In this document: in pieces, positions 13,753 through 26,064 of the stretch
Layout of the letters: the number at the start of each line of letters is the position of its first letter
Position numbering within the stretch: position 1 is the stretch's first letter
The notes under the pieces: generated by a model
Database searches by the model: none
Told to the model about the DNA's origin: nothing
Seen by the model: only the letters and a program-made list of their open reading frames with translations
NCBI GenBank assembly: GCA_047495785.1
Contig: JBLDXI010000002.1
Coordinates: forward strand, 558,001 to 622,000
From: Lepidodermella squamata
Lineage: Eukaryota > Animalia > Gastrotricha
Length of the DNA stretch: 64,000 nt
Direction of reading: 5' to 3'
Program-made: the position numbers and the translations under genes

Positions 13753-14067
13753 ATATTTTCAAAAAATTATAGTCAAAAACTGACTACTCGGATCGCCATG
13801 AATCTTTCAGCATAAAATTCCGCTGGTTCAGGGGCCAAAATAGGGTGCATAAAAGGGGTATGCCCCACGGAAAAATCGAACTTGGGAAAATCGAGAAAAT
13901 CGATATTTTCATGTCGGATGATTTTAGTCACATTTTTGGTTGTCGGATGAAATAAGACATTGGTCACACCCCTTTTCTCATGTTACACGTTTCCAAAGGT
14001 CTTTAAGAATGACACTTGGTTTCATGGATAGTGCGAATAACTTTTGACAGATTCATTCCAGATTTTA

Positions 14068-14276
14068 CGCATAGCGCAGCCACTTACCGTTGCCGAGAAA
14101 ATCGCACAAGAGAGCAAACGAATTGCTCGCCCAAGAGGAAAAACGTTTTGATCCAATATTTTTTATTTACAAAATGAAACATATTCGCCGAAAAATCCGT
14201 TCGCGTTCAATTATTCAAACTACGAGTTCAATTATGAGATTTTCTCGGCCTCGGTAAAAAGTGGCTGCGCTATGCG
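14068..14276. mobile_element. MITE-like inverted repeat element
   Basis: CGCATAGCGCAGCCACTT..ACCG..GCCGAGAAAATC at the left end and its reverse complement at the right end. Confidence 0.6.
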
Positions 14277-14679
14277 GAAGTGCGTGTTTGAATTTGCTAT
14301 AATAGAAAGAAGCCATGGGATTATCGATTTCACGTTGCGCAGGATAAATTGTCTTGTTCACATTTCTCGGTAGGATCTAGACAAATGAGCTAAAATTTCA
14401 TCGTAAACAGTAAAAAAAATCATGCATTTTTGCTGGTTTTTATTGAGAATTCTCTTTGTTCAACATGAATTAATTAACAATATTTGATGAAGCTTTCCTA
14501 TACGTATACAAACAGCAATCAGGCAATAACTCAGATATCAATCAATGCAATTTTGAACCAAAAAGGATGATTAGGCTATTGTGTATTCGAATTTACAAAC
14601 GAGACACGCCGTATGCAAAAATGGCTTGTTTTTCCTATTGTAACACTTATGGGGGAGTATGCCCCTACACATCGTTTTA

Positions 14680-14931
14680 GGATTTTAGCTTGTTCACGTC
14701 AGTTTTAAGTTCTTAACTTTCAACTTGAAACTGACGTGAAAAGCTTAAATCCGAATTAGCAAAATACAGTTGATCTAGCTTCGATAACCCGTATCAACAA
14801 TTTGCAAAATTCCGTAGGATGAAATATGCCAATGAGCACTTTTCATTGTGAAATCGCACTGAACAATGAAAACTGCTCATTAGCCTATTTCCTATTGTAT
14901 CCTACGGAATACTGAAAATTGTCGATACGGG
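14680..14931. repeat. Two adjacent long hairpins (~14680-14752 and ~14788-14931)
   Basis: TTCACGTCAGTTT..AAACTGACGTGAA; CCCGTATC..TTCCGTAGGAT..ATGAGCA / TGCTCAT..ATCCTACGGAA..GATACGGG. Confidence 0.6.
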
Positions 14932-14978
14932 AAGCCCCATTTTCATACGGCATGTCCCGAATTTGAAGTTTGAACTGC

Positions 14979-15320
14979 TCAGAACTTAATCATGTAAGCA
15001 AGGCAGGCCGCCAGCAGGAAGATGGCCATCGAGTTAATCGCCGGCTCGAACGCAACCCCAGTATTGCAAAGATCCGTCTGGCAGCACCCAACAGTTGCTT
15101 GGTCGTTTTCGGTCGCCGTACACGAGCTGGCGCAAGATTTCGACAGATACCCAGTTTGTTTGATGTACGTCAGCGAGCAGTAGGGCTGAATGGCGGAGCA
15201 GTTGGCGTAGAGTGTCTCATTTTTCTGGCAATTGGCGCAGGAAATGCACTTGAGCGCGTCGACGCCGTTCGGCAGCACGACGGCGGCCAAAGCAGCGATG
15301 CAGGCGATAATTTTGAGCAT
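14979..15320 (-). CDS. Ly6/uPAR GPI-anchored protein, intronless CDS
   Basis: Signal peptide, LKCISCANC...CCQTDLCN, hydrophobic tail. Confidence 0.9.
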   Translation of the reverse strand: MLKIIACIAALAAVVLPNGVDALKCISCANCQKNETLYANCSAIQPYCSLTYIKQTGYLSKSCASSCTATENDQATVGCCQTDLCNTGVAFEPAINSMAIFLLAACLAYMIKF

Positions 15321-16210
15321 TATACTTGACGTCGTCGGCTCAGTCTTAATATTAATGTGAAAAAAGCTCAGAATTTTTTAATGAAGCGGCCACCGCGGGC
15401 GCTTGTTAAACCGGCGGGGTCTTCGATGAGCGGCGCTGTTACTAAACGGCGCTCTATTATTATAAGCGAGTAGGCTGCTTTCACGGCAAGACTGATATAT
15501 TATGCGTAAAAATTATTGTTTTTTTCACTACTCACTACGATGATGATGGACGGGTGTAATTAAGTTGAGCGAAAAGAGCGGCCTCTTGTGTTGTACAAGC
15601 TAGTCTAGGTGCAAATTATCTATTTACCTGTAGTTAATGAAAATTGGCTTTTAACAGCTGTAACACGAGCGAGGTCTGAGGATTATAACCATGAATGAAT
15701 GATATGATTTGTAACGCAATATCTGCTCGCCTACGATAATGAGGACAATAATGACCGATAATTGACCTTGGATCTTGAAATTAAGGAATTTCGGAAAATA
15801 CATATTTTTAAGGTGGATTTTTCAACATTCATAAGGTTCACGGGTTCCAGCTTAAAACTCGAGCTTGGAGATTATTCGTATCAAAAGGGTGACTAAGGGT
15901 GAAGTAGTTTGCAATTTCGGTCAGAAACGAAACTCCTTTTTGGATCTGAGCATCCAACGCAATCCTTCGGTATTCACTCTTGATTCGAAACCTTGGAAAA
16001 CCCTTGAAAATGTTGGAACTCTATCAGGTTCTGTTTTCGCTGGAAGACAAACATGCCGATTAAGAACAGTTATGATCGATCTCAAGCTCCTTTTTATTAA
16101 CCTATATTAACCAAAATCTGAAGTAATCGCCGGTCGTTAGTACCAAAGAAACATTATTACATCGACAACAATTCGAAATGTCTTGCATAGAATTCATAGA
16201 TCGATTTTGT

Positions 16211-16555
16211 TTACAGTGCCCACATTGCCGCTACGGTAACCAAGATTAAGGCTGAGCTGTAGCTGGTAACCGGCGAAGAGTTGCACATATCCGTCTGGCA
16301 GCAGTAAACGTTCAAGTTGTCGGAGGTGGAAGCAGCGCAAGAAACGGCACAGCTTTTCTGCATTATGCCAGTTGTTTTGAAGTCGAAAGTAGCGCAGTAC
16401 TTCTGGTCAGTCGTGCAGTTGATGCTCGCTATAACGGTTTGGTTAGGTTTGCAGTTGGCGCAGGACAGGCAGCTCAAGCCATCGGCGACGTTCGATAGAG
16501 CGATAGCGAGGACGAGTCCAGCGATTGCGCTAATAATGTACTTTCCCACGGCCAT
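16211..16555 (-). CDS. Ly6/uPAR GPI-anchored protein, intronless CDS
   Basis: Signal peptide, LSCLSCANC...CCQTDMCN, hydrophobic tail. Confidence 0.9.
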   Translation of the reverse strand: MAVGKYIISAIAGLVLAIALSNVADGLSCLSCANCKPNQTVIASINCTTDQKYCATFDFKTTGIMQKSCAVSCAASTSDNLNVYCCQTDMCNSSPVTSYSSALILVTVAAMWAL

Positions 16556-18192
16556 TTTGCTACGTCTTATTTTTCACTATATTAGCGAATTTATTTGAAA
16601 ACTATCTTATATGGCGAAATGCTCAGACTACAGCTCAATTAGTGTGTTCAGTATTTAAGATGTAGTGAATTTAACTCGCCCGCTGCGTCACGTAAGCGTC
16701 TCGAAGAGCCGGTCTTGGACGACGGTTAATACTCGTGTATACCGGCTATATACTATTATGAAAGAACGTGTGGATGCATTCGCGTGCATTAGTACTGGTC
16801 GCAGAGCTTCAATACGAGGTTCCTCCAACACCCGTGATAGCAGCACTCAATTACCTTCCTATCGACAGGATTCAGGATTTGCTCCTACTCCGGAGTGAGA
16901 CGTGGGCTTTAAATTTTACTTATGAATGAACTTGCCACCTCGCTCCAAGTTTCAACTTCAAATTTAATTCCCAGGTTCCTCCGATGTTTGAAATGGGATC
17001 CTCGATCTAGGGTAATTTAGGAACCGTAAATTTAGGAAGGCCCTCCCCTCCCCATGGTTATTTCTTGTTTTCTCGCCCGGACCTCCAGCTGGTACGTATA
17101 CCCCTCGTACCCCGTTTCTTCGTACAATGGGAACCTCATTTCCTATCAGATTTATTCTACAAAAACAAAAATCATTTATTTTACGAAAGCAGAAAAGAAT
17201 AATTATAAGCAAAAAATAGGTTAAAATATGTTATTTTTAATCAACATCTCCAAATCGACCACATAAGTTGGTAAGCTTTCAGAATGATTCAGAATGATAC
17301 AGAATGATTCTTTTCTGATCTCATTCTAGCAAATCGCTCTATGAACACTGATAAACCTAAAATTTTAGCTTTTTGTTATCGTCGTCCCGTTCTGCATCGT
17401 ATTATTTAGGAATTCTGATGATAATTCAAGTAAAATGGAATTATCTTGATTTGAGTCTACCCTGCGGCCCCTTCTCTAATTTGAGCGCGCTCGCACTCAT
17501 GTGCGCGCACTCGAAATCTTGGGCACGCAAACAATAGAAACTTCGGACGACTCATGTCGCGCGCGGAAATTGCCACTGATAACACGTCACCGAAGTTTCG
17601 CTTGAGTGTTCCGAAGTTTCAAGTTCGGTCTCCGAAGACACCCTCTCCGAAGTTAGTTTGTGGACGTACCATAACGAGCTAAAACGACTTTAAAGACGTG
17701 ATTGGGCTATTTATCGCACACATTCGTGATGACCTCACACTTTCAGCTATGTAAACACCGAATCCACAACATTTTTTGGCTTGGCTAAAACATGTTGAAC
17801 TATGAGATTGGGTATATTTTTCAGCGTCTTGATTTATACCTATATTGATATAAAAGAAAGAAAATCATGAATATTCCGGGTCACAGGTCGGAAACACGAA
17901 ACAAAATAATAAGCTGACCCAACCTAACCGGCGATCCAAAAAAGTTTAAATTTTTATTTAAAACTGCAAATCCATCGTTATTGAGGCAAAAAAACCAGTA
18001 AAAAACTGGATGCATCCCGAATCCCACGGCAAAGTTTTCAATGTCCTTCTGAATTTCCAGTCATAACGCTGAAACGCTGAACATTGTCTGGCCATCAAGT
18101 GAGCTCCATATCAGTCGAGCACGGATAGCTGAAAGATGAAAGACAAGATTTGCCAATAAAAACGCTTCCGTACTTGCTATCGTACTTGCTAT

Positions 18193-18290
18193 GAACGAAA
18201 ATCTCAAACTTTGGTCAGCGATTACGAAACTTCGGAGGCTAAATAAACTTCGGACGCGTCTCCGAAGCAGTTTGTGAACGTAACATTAGG
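18193..18290. repeat. Dispersed repeat end with CTTCGGA..TCCGAAG hairpins (family R3)
   Basis: Near-identical reverse-complement copy at 36320-36415. Related sequence at ~17540-17675. 17360-17435 also matches 36797-36870. Confidence 0.6.
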
Positions 18291-19366
18291 AAGGAAGCAA
18301 CTTCGCGGAAGTTTCTCTGGGTTGAACCTTTATTCCAAGTTGTGAGGGCGGGTCACGTTTTCAAGCTGATGACCCTTAACGGGGTGTTATAAATAAGAAT
18401 AAGCTATATTATCCACCATCGTCGGCAAATGAGAGGCTTTTACTTATCCGCAAGTTGCTTGCCCAGTACCGGCAGCCTGTCAACTTCATAAAACTAACCG
18501 ACATCAATGCCTCAAATAGCTCATTATATTATTATGTAATCATACACTCTAGATGACAATTACATCAGATGAGCATCGGATAACAAACAAGTCGTGGTAA
18601 TGATGCATTTGTTTTACGTGTGGCAGCTGCATGACTTAACCTTAACTCCTCAAGCCCATAAGTATAGCTGTACTTAACATCCGCTTGAAGCTGGATTCAA
18701 GCTCGATCCCTTCGTTTTCCCAGAAATTGTCCTATTTTGTAAACTGAATCATGCTCGTTGAACTTACTACAACCAGCCCATCCCCACATGGGTGTGAACA
18801 TTCATAATGCTCGCTAATTTCCTCTGTAATGGCATGCCACCAGATTATTTTGTATTTCAGCAGTAATAGAGGCCAGTGTGCGACTTTCAGGGGAAAGGGA
18901 GGGAGTTACGACACCCTCTCGGCAAGACCTATTTCGCCAATTATCAGACGTTTTGGAACGTGTTTAAGTGGAGACTTAACAACATTTCCTCGCTACGCTC
19001 TTTTTTGTTTGAAATGAATTTTCATTTTGGTCATTTTGATATAAATACAAAACAAAAACGTTTGCCATCTCTGGCAGCTCCAGGTCCAAGATCGCACCCC
19101 CAACTCCGTCTTCATATAACCAATTTCGTAGTAGTTTTTCTTTCCCAAATTACCCCGGATGCTACATACAGCCCGTAATTCAATGATGCGGTATCGTGAC
19201 TCATCGTTGACACACGAGTTGAAGTAATAGGAAGCTCAATTCGTGCTCACTTTCTACACATCATCAACAAGGCGTGCAATTATTTTACGCTAGAAGCAGG
19301 TATATATTAATGATTTTGCTCGATTTTAGGAAGTGAGCCGAGTTTTAACTTCTCGCACTATATACT

Positions 19367-22300
19367 ATGGCCAGTCGCTTGCTAGTGGTTTCGATAGCAG
19401 TTTCGGCAATGCTAATGGTTGGATCCGCTCTTAAATGCTACAGGTAAATCGTCTTGAGCCACCGAGTTTTAACCTAATTGAAATGCTGACAATCAATCCT
19501 TGAATATTTAAATGTTGGTACCAATTAAAATACCGAAACTTACCAATTAAAATACCAGTTACCATCGGGGTTTTCCGGGTTTTTTCCGGTTAAACCGCGG
19601 ATAGAAGATAGAATATTTTCCCGGTAGGTTTACTCTAAAAAAATTTAGTTGAATTTCCTACAAAACCTGGGACCCGATGTTTTGTAGGTACTTGAAGCAT
19701 TTTTAATCCATTATTCGAAAAAACCTAAGAAAACCCGAAAAAACCCGATTGGTAATTATCGGTATCAGGGGCGTAACCAGGAATTTTTTTTGGTAGTTGT
19801 TCATAAAAAAAGGTCGTAAAACTCTATACGAAGAAAAAAGATGAAGAAAATGCATTAACATTCAATTCCCATTTTTCGCTGCGATTCGGCAATATCAAAG
19901 TCGAAACAAATATGAAAAAATCAAAGGTCAAAGCACCAAATTAAGGCGTCGAGCTGCCTCGCGAGCAAAAATGTCCATAATTTCATCTGGTGTGACGTTA
20001 ACTTCGTAGTGAACAGCCAACAGCGATATAGCGACCAGGCGCTCCTCCCCCATCGTGGCACGCAGCCAGGTCTTCAATCTTCTAAGAGTTGAGAAGGACC
20101 TTTCGGTCTCACATGTCGTCACAGGTAGTGTCGCCAATAGCTGAAAAAGGATTGCGATATTGGGAAGATCGAAAGCCAAAACGAGAGAGTTCATTGCATT
20201 AGTCGGGCGAAGCTCCGGCTCCAACGCTGCGCAGCGCACTTTCCATCGATCAAACTCGGCGCTGATCATGGATTGAGTGCCAGGGAGGTCTTTGCGATAA
20301 ATTTCAACCAGAGGTAAGATCTTTTTGAAACCAGCTTCGATGCAATACTTCGGTTGCAAGTAATGAAAAGCGGTTAGTAACCCGCGATGCCGGCCGAACC
20401 TAACCTCGAGCTGTTCGAGCACAGATCGAACATAAGGTTCGAACACGGCTAGCCGCCAATAATCCTTGATGTTTGAAGCCTTCGCAGCTCGCGGCAAACC
20501 CAAAGTAACGCCCAAGGATAAAGCTAGCTTTCCTGCCTGGTCAAAAACATCATCGAAACTTGTTTCGTCGAGTAACTTTTCCAAGAGAGCGATCGTTTCG
20601 TCCAAGTTGGCTATCGCTCCTGCAAGATCCATTTGCGTGGACTGCAGTTTAACAGCGAGACCCACAGTATGAGACAAAATTTTGTCAGCTGTTAGCAATC
20701 CAATAATGAATTCGCTATTGCGAATCGCAGAGCTTAGTGCCATGGCGGTCGAAGCAGTTTGTCTGTCAGTAGATTCTTGGAGACGAGTCAAAATCAAATC
20801 AATGGCAGGGAATAATTCAACAAAGCGCAGCAAAGAATCGTGATTCTCAATAAATCGCGTCTCGCAAAAAGTTATAAGCTTCTCAACCGTTGAGTCGGGG
20901 AAAATCGCATGGACAGCTGCTTTGAAAGCTGCTTGTCGTTTCGGCGAACCATTTATAAAATTAGTACACTGTTCCACTACACCGAACGTGCGCTGAATTG
21001 CGGCGATTTGATGCTTCGTTAATAGGCTGAGGTTAAGGCTGTGGTTTGCACAATGAAGATAGAAAGCCAAAGGATTTTTCCGCAAGATATGCGCCGCACA
21101 TCCCTCCTCTTTACCAGCCATAGCAGCGGCGCCGTCATACCCTTGGCCGCGAAGATAGTCAATGCTGAATCCAAGTTGAGTCAAAAATGTGAGGATAGTA
21201 TCAGCAATGTTTTCTCCTGTGCAATCAACAATAGCAACGAAACCGAAAAATTCCTCGTGAAGTATCATATTCTTGATATCAACCCATCGAACGACAATAG
21301 ATAGCTGCTCTTGTCCGCTGATATCTGCGGTTTCATCGGCTTGCACAGCGAAAAAGGTCACATTGCCACAGCGTTTCAGCAGCTTCATTTGAATCAATCG
21401 GCCGCCGATCGACAAAATTTCATTCTGTATTTTCGGGCTAAGATATGTTGCGTTGCCAGCAGCATTTTCGAACTTAACCGGACAGCCACACTCAACTGCG
21501 AAACGGAGCAACACGCGGAAATTACCATCATTAGATTCATGAAAAACGCGTTTTTTATCGGGCAGTGAATGCAAGGGTCCTGAGTCTTCGTGGCCACGTA
21601 GAGCGATGCCTTGACGTGCGCAAACAAGCACCGACCAAATTATAGGCTTCAAATACTCTCGATTTGCGGCGATTTGAGCAGCGCGGCCTTTAATCATACT
21701 TGAAACAACATCAGGCGCGTCATTTTGCACAATGCTAGCCTTGAAGTTTTCAAATGATTCCACGCTTTCCTCGTGATACTTTTTGGTGGAATGCGCGCGA
21801 AAAGCTTGTTTCGCTTTGGACCAAAGATTGAAAGCCGATGATACCAACGCACTATCGTCGATCCGATTCCCACCGGATCCGGTCGCTCGTTTTTGGTAAA
21901 AAAGGAAGCATGGCAAGCAAAAAGCGCCATCTAAAACCTTGCTGTAAGCGAGGAACGGAAATTCTTTCATCCAAGAGAAGTTGAATTTCAAGTTTCGATG
22001 AGTGCTTGCTGGGAATTCAAATTTTTCCGAAGGGAGCCACAATTTCAAAATAATGTCTCGCCGGTCATCAGAAGAAAGCTGCTTGTTAACGAAATTTCCC
22101 AAATCAAATTCTTCAGTTGCAATGCTTTCGATCTTAGTTCGTTTGCTTGGTATCAAAGAAGTATCAGATTTAACTCGAGTGATAATAAGAGCTGAATTTT
22201 CAGACGCGGCGTTGCTTGCTGGAGGTTTAACTAGGGGTTGAAAGCTATTAGCTGAATCGTCATTTTTGAAACGAAACTGCTCAAGTTTCTGCTTTACATT

Positions 22301-23249
22301 AGACATGATCTACAAATAGAAGGCAATAACGTGCGATTAGAAAGGCCATAAAAACCTAATGAATTAGAACAACTAATTTTTTCCTTGGAAATTATTTAGG
22401 ATAAGGCGATTCAAGTAAGATTGCAATGCTTGTTCTTAATACATGGCTGTAATACCAATCATAAATAAAACGCGATTCAATTAGACGACAATTAAGCTTT
22501 CATGACCTATTTTTAAACGAGAACGCTCTTTTATTGCAATGCGAATTACTTGCTGCATGCTTGCTGCTCGGCGGTTTGCAAAATGGCACGCGATCTACCA
22601 CACTCTCAAAACTCACAGTACTGCAAAAAACTAGGCATCGCGCGTCATAACTGTGTGTTATGAGAATAAAATGAGTTGAAATGGTTGAAAAGAACGAAAA
22701 TCCCGAAAAACTGGTGGAGAGGGGTTTTCGATTTTCCATTTTGGTAGTTGTTTGAACAACCAAAACAACCAGCTGGTTACGCCCCTGATCGGTATTTTAC
22801 CTGTTTCATTAAATTTGACAATGTGTGAATGGCTAATTTTGAAAAGGCATATATCAAAGATCGAATTGCATCAAATATGAGACACCCTGAAATCCTCAAT
22901 TTTCTATCAAATAAAATTGCTCACCACTTTATTATGTCTCCTTTTTAGCTGTGCCAACTGCGGCGGTACTGCTGCAACTTCGACAAACGCGTCGGATAGC
23001 ACAGGCGTCGCGATAGAATGTCTCACGTCGCAAAGCTACTGTTCGCAGATAATAACTAAAACCGGCACGCCGTACCAGTACCTTCGATTTTGTACAACCA
23101 CCTGCACAGCTTCGAATGGAACTGGCGTCGAAATTTCGTGCTGCCAGACCGACCTGTGCAATACCGCAGCGCCGGGCGTTGGAACGTACAACATTATCGC
23201 TCAAGTTGTTGCTATTTTAACAACGGCTTACTACGTTGCTATTTACTGA
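19367..23249 (+). CDS. Ly6/uPAR GPI-anchored protein with a 3.5-kb transposon-filled intron. Exons 19367-19443, 22949-23249
   Basis: MASRLLVVSIAVSAMLMVGSALKCY(AG|gtaaat...ttttag|C)S-CANC...CCQTDLCN plus a hydrophobic tail. The intron position and phase match intron 2 of the 9954 gene. Confidence 0.82.
19766..22787 (-). mobile_element. Full-length autonomous hAT DNA transposon (3,022 bp)
   Basis: Perfect 15-bp TIR CAGGGGCGTAACCAG (19766-19780 and 22773-22787). Perfect 8-bp TSD ATCGGTAT (19758-19765 and 22788-22795). Subterminal TTTTGGTAGTTGTT near both ends. Confidence 0.95.
19928..22306 (-). CDS. hAT transposase, 792 aa (THAP12/PRKRIR-ZMYM1-like)
   Basis: TTF-type zinc finger (GAFCLPC..HSTKKYH), ALRGH..GNF, catalytic ADET and YDGA, CxxH (HCANH), and the C-terminal dimerisation motif PVTTCETERSFSTLRRLKTWLR. 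Confidence 0.93.
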   Translation of the reverse strand: MSNVKQKLEQFRFKNDDSANSFQPLVKPPASNAASENSALIITRVKSDTSLIPSKRTKIESIATEEFDLGNFVNKQLSSDDRRDIILKLWLPSEKFEFPASTHRNLKFNFSWMKEFPFLAYSKVLDGAFCLPCFLFYQKRATGSGGNRIDDSALVSSAFNLWSKAKQAFRAHSTKKYHEESVESFENFKASIVQNDAPDVVSSMIKGRAAQIAANREYLKPIIWSVLVCARQGIALRGHEDSGPLHSLPDKKRVFHESNDGNFRVLLRFAVECGCPVKFENAAGNATYLSPKIQNEILSIGGRLIQMKLLKRCGNVTFFAVQADETADISGQEQLSIVVRWVDIKNMILHEEFFGFVAIVDCTGENIADTILTFLTQLGFSIDYLRGQGYDGAAAMAGKEEGCAAHILRKNPLAFYLHCANHSLNLSLLTKHQIAAIQRTFGVVEQCTNFINGSPKRQAAFKAAVHAIFPDSTVEKLITFCETRFIENHDSLLRFVELFPAIDLILTRLQESTDRQTASTAMALSSAIRNSEFIIGLLTADKILSHTVGLAVKLQSTQMDLAGAIANLDETIALLEKLLDETSFDDVFDQAGKLALSLGVTLGLPRAAKASNIKDYWRLAVFEPYVRSVLEQLEVRFGRHRGLLTAFHYLQPKYCIEAGFKKILPLVEIYRKDLPGTQSMISAEFDRWKVRCAALEPELRPTNAMNSLVLAFDLPNIAILFQLLATLPVTTCETERSFSTLRRLKTWLRATMGEERLVAISLLAVHYEVNVTPDEIMDIFAREAARRLNLVL

Positions 23250-23937
23250 AATGAAATTTCTGTTGTAACGGAACGCAAAATATTGTTAATTTTCATTATC
23301 ATAATTGTTTAGTATAAAATTGAAGGTAGATGAAATAAATTTTCAATTTCAATTTCAATTTGAAACTTTGAAATGTCCCCTCAAGCTCCAATGAAGGAAA
23401 TTTAGTTAGGGAACTGACGTTTCAAAGGTTGAACTCCTGAACCTTTGAACTGGTCCCAAGGTCGGAATCCTATACCTTGCTTCCTAATGATCCAAATTCC
23501 TAATGAAATTTTATTTGAAGCAAAAATGAAGTTTGAAAATTATTTGAAATTAAAATAATCCAAGCATAGAATATTCAAAATTTTCCATGTTTCAAAAAAC
23601 TTGAAATTTCAAAGTTTTTTTTAAGAAATTCAGAAAATTCTTGAAATGGAAACGTTTGATGAATCCTGAAAATTCGGAAAAATTCCAGAAACGACGAGCA
23701 TCAAACTTTGTAATTTAAGGTTGAGGAGAATTTTGCGTTTGTGAAAAATTAATCAAGAAAACGCGCTGTTAAAATTCTAAACAAAATTGACCACGATGAA
23801 AATCAATGAATAAACAATCTTGTTCCGCGCCTCAACGTATGTTGCACTCGGTGGCGTGTTTACTTTTCCTGCCAGTTATTCTATGCTGACAGCCCAAAGA
23901 CCAAACATACAAGTTTTCACTATAGTGAAAAGATAAA

Positions 23938-26064
23938 ATGTTAGCTCTAACCACTATTTTCCTAATTTTTCCGCACATTTTTCAGTTCCTCTCTGCCGAT
24001 AAGGTAAGGCCGAATTTCGTTTGTATTCATTATCAATTTTTCTTTCTAATCTTCTTCAATTAGATCAGCCATGAAAGCTACCCGCCTTCGAGGACATCAT
24101 TCAACACCAATGTTTCGAAATGTAAAGTGCCTCGGATAACAAATGGCCTCATTCAACACTGGGGCTCGCTGATGATAGTCGGAGCCACCGGCCCAGGTCG
24201 ATTGCCTCAAATTATGGGCGCCCTGGTTGTTTTGCAATGCGACCCGGGTTACAGCATCAATTCACAGCCTGGTATCAATAACCAGAGCTCGTTTTGCTTG
24301 AATGATGGCGTTTTATTGACACCACTCGGCGAATGTCTGCCTGAAAATGAGGTCACTTACGCGACGGAAAAAACGACTTCGACAACAGGTAACATTTTAG
24401 ATAATGGGAAACGCAATTTTTGATCAATTTAAATTGAATTTTTAATTGAATTGGAAACGTTTTTCAAAAAATTTGAAATTTGAAATTTGAAAATGAGAAA
24501 AATTACGAACAGATTTCAGAAAAATTGAAGAAATTCTGGAAATGTTGAAATTTCAATTTTTTAATAACTTTAATTAATAGCTCTTCCAAAAATTAATAAG
24601 AAAAAGGAAACGGATTGTTCGAAAAAATTGGAAAATTCAGTGCTGGAACCATGCTGGAACCTAACGTTTTGTGGGCTGAAATTGTTATATTCTTATCATG
24701 CCGGAATTGTTTTATTAATTATAGCGTCTGTTGTTACTCAAACTACGTCGGCCCATCAGCAGTGTTTCGAGCAATTTACGTGTGATAATTCTCATTGCGT
24801 TCCTTACGAGCTTGTTGGCGATGGCCACAACGATTGCGGCGATGAGAGCGATGAATCGGAAAAAATATCAACAGCTACTACGGCCGAAATTCCAAGCTCG
24901 CCCGCAACCACATCTTCACCTGTAAATTATTAATTGATAAATTTTTCACCGGCAAATTTAAAAAAAAATTAGAATTTTTTTCAATTTTAATTAATTTTTA
25001 AAAAATTAAAGAATTCTTTTCATCATTTGAAAAAAGTTTTAATCATTTTCCCCATTTTTTGTTTATTCTCATTATAGGAAGATGAAATGCATTATAAGGA
25101 GATCGGCCTTGCAATAGCCAATCATAACTTGAGAGCTCTTGAATCCTTACTCGAACTGGACAAAAGCGAAGAGGAACGCGAGTTTGACATCGACTTGAAT
25201 TGGCGATTTGAAGACAGCGATCAATTCGCGCACGCCGATCCAGGGTGTCTAAAAGTTCAACACGGAACCTACCTGCTGCTAGCTACAGCTTGCAACCAAG
25301 GCGTAGAAATTGTCCGCCTGTTGCTTGACAACGGCGCCAATGTGACGGCACGCGACCAAAACGGGTGGTCTGCCTTAATTTTCGCCGCGCATTGGTCGAA
25401 TTTAGAAGTTTTACGGCTGTTGCTTGATAGGGGTGCTGATTTGGAGGCGAAAGCTACTGGCGGGTGTTGTCCGGGATTTTCGGCCCTTATGATGGCTTCG
25501 TTGCATGGACCGAATGCGTTATCAGTTCAATTACTCGGTAAAATTTAAATTTATTTCAAAAATTTCAAAATTCTTTTATTCAAATTTATTCAAATTTAAA
25601 AAAAAATTTAAATTTTTAAAAAAATTCTAATTTAAATTCTAAAAATATTCAAGAAAATCGAAACTTTGGAATAAGTTAATTAGAATTTTTTGAATTTCGA
25701 ACATTCCATTTAATTTAAATTTTTTTTCAAAATCTACATTTTTTAAATTTCGAAAATTTCAAATCATAATTTCAAAATTTAATTAATGAAGATATTTTTG
25801 AATTTTTCAGCAATTCGGGGCGCTAATCTTGAGACTCGTGATAATATCGGCAATACTCCTTTGATCTCTGCCGCGGCTGAAGGTCGCCTCGACGTTGTTC
25901 GAAGTTTGCTCGACAAAGGAGCCGACATTAACGCGCGTAATTGGCAGCACGAAAGTGCTCTCATGCTGGCTAGCCGCAATCAGAAAATTGAAACTATCAA
26001 GCTGTTGCTGAAACGCGAGGCGAATCGCCAGGGCTGCCATCATTTTCTATGCAGGATTTATTAG
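23938..26064 (+). CDS. Signal peptide-Sushi-LDLa-ankyrin repeat protein. Exons 23938-24003, 24064-24388, 24725-24921, 25078-25537, 25811-26064
   Basis: Leader MLALTTIFLIFPHIFQFLSA. Sushi (CKVP.ITNG..LQCDPGY..FCLNDG..C). LDLa (CFEQFTCDNSHCVP..GDGHNDCGDESDE). About 5 ANK repeats (GWSALIFAAH, GNTPLISAAAEG). Phases are compatible and no TM segment is seen. Confidence 0.78.

Noticed and set aside
11082-16555. Calling the Ly6 genes secreted three-finger toxins
   Set aside because: All retain hydrophobic GPI-signal tails.
22917-22948. ORF-track N-terminus MLTTLLCLLF for the Ly6 gene
   Set aside because: TTG start within an intron; the true leader exon is 19367-19443.
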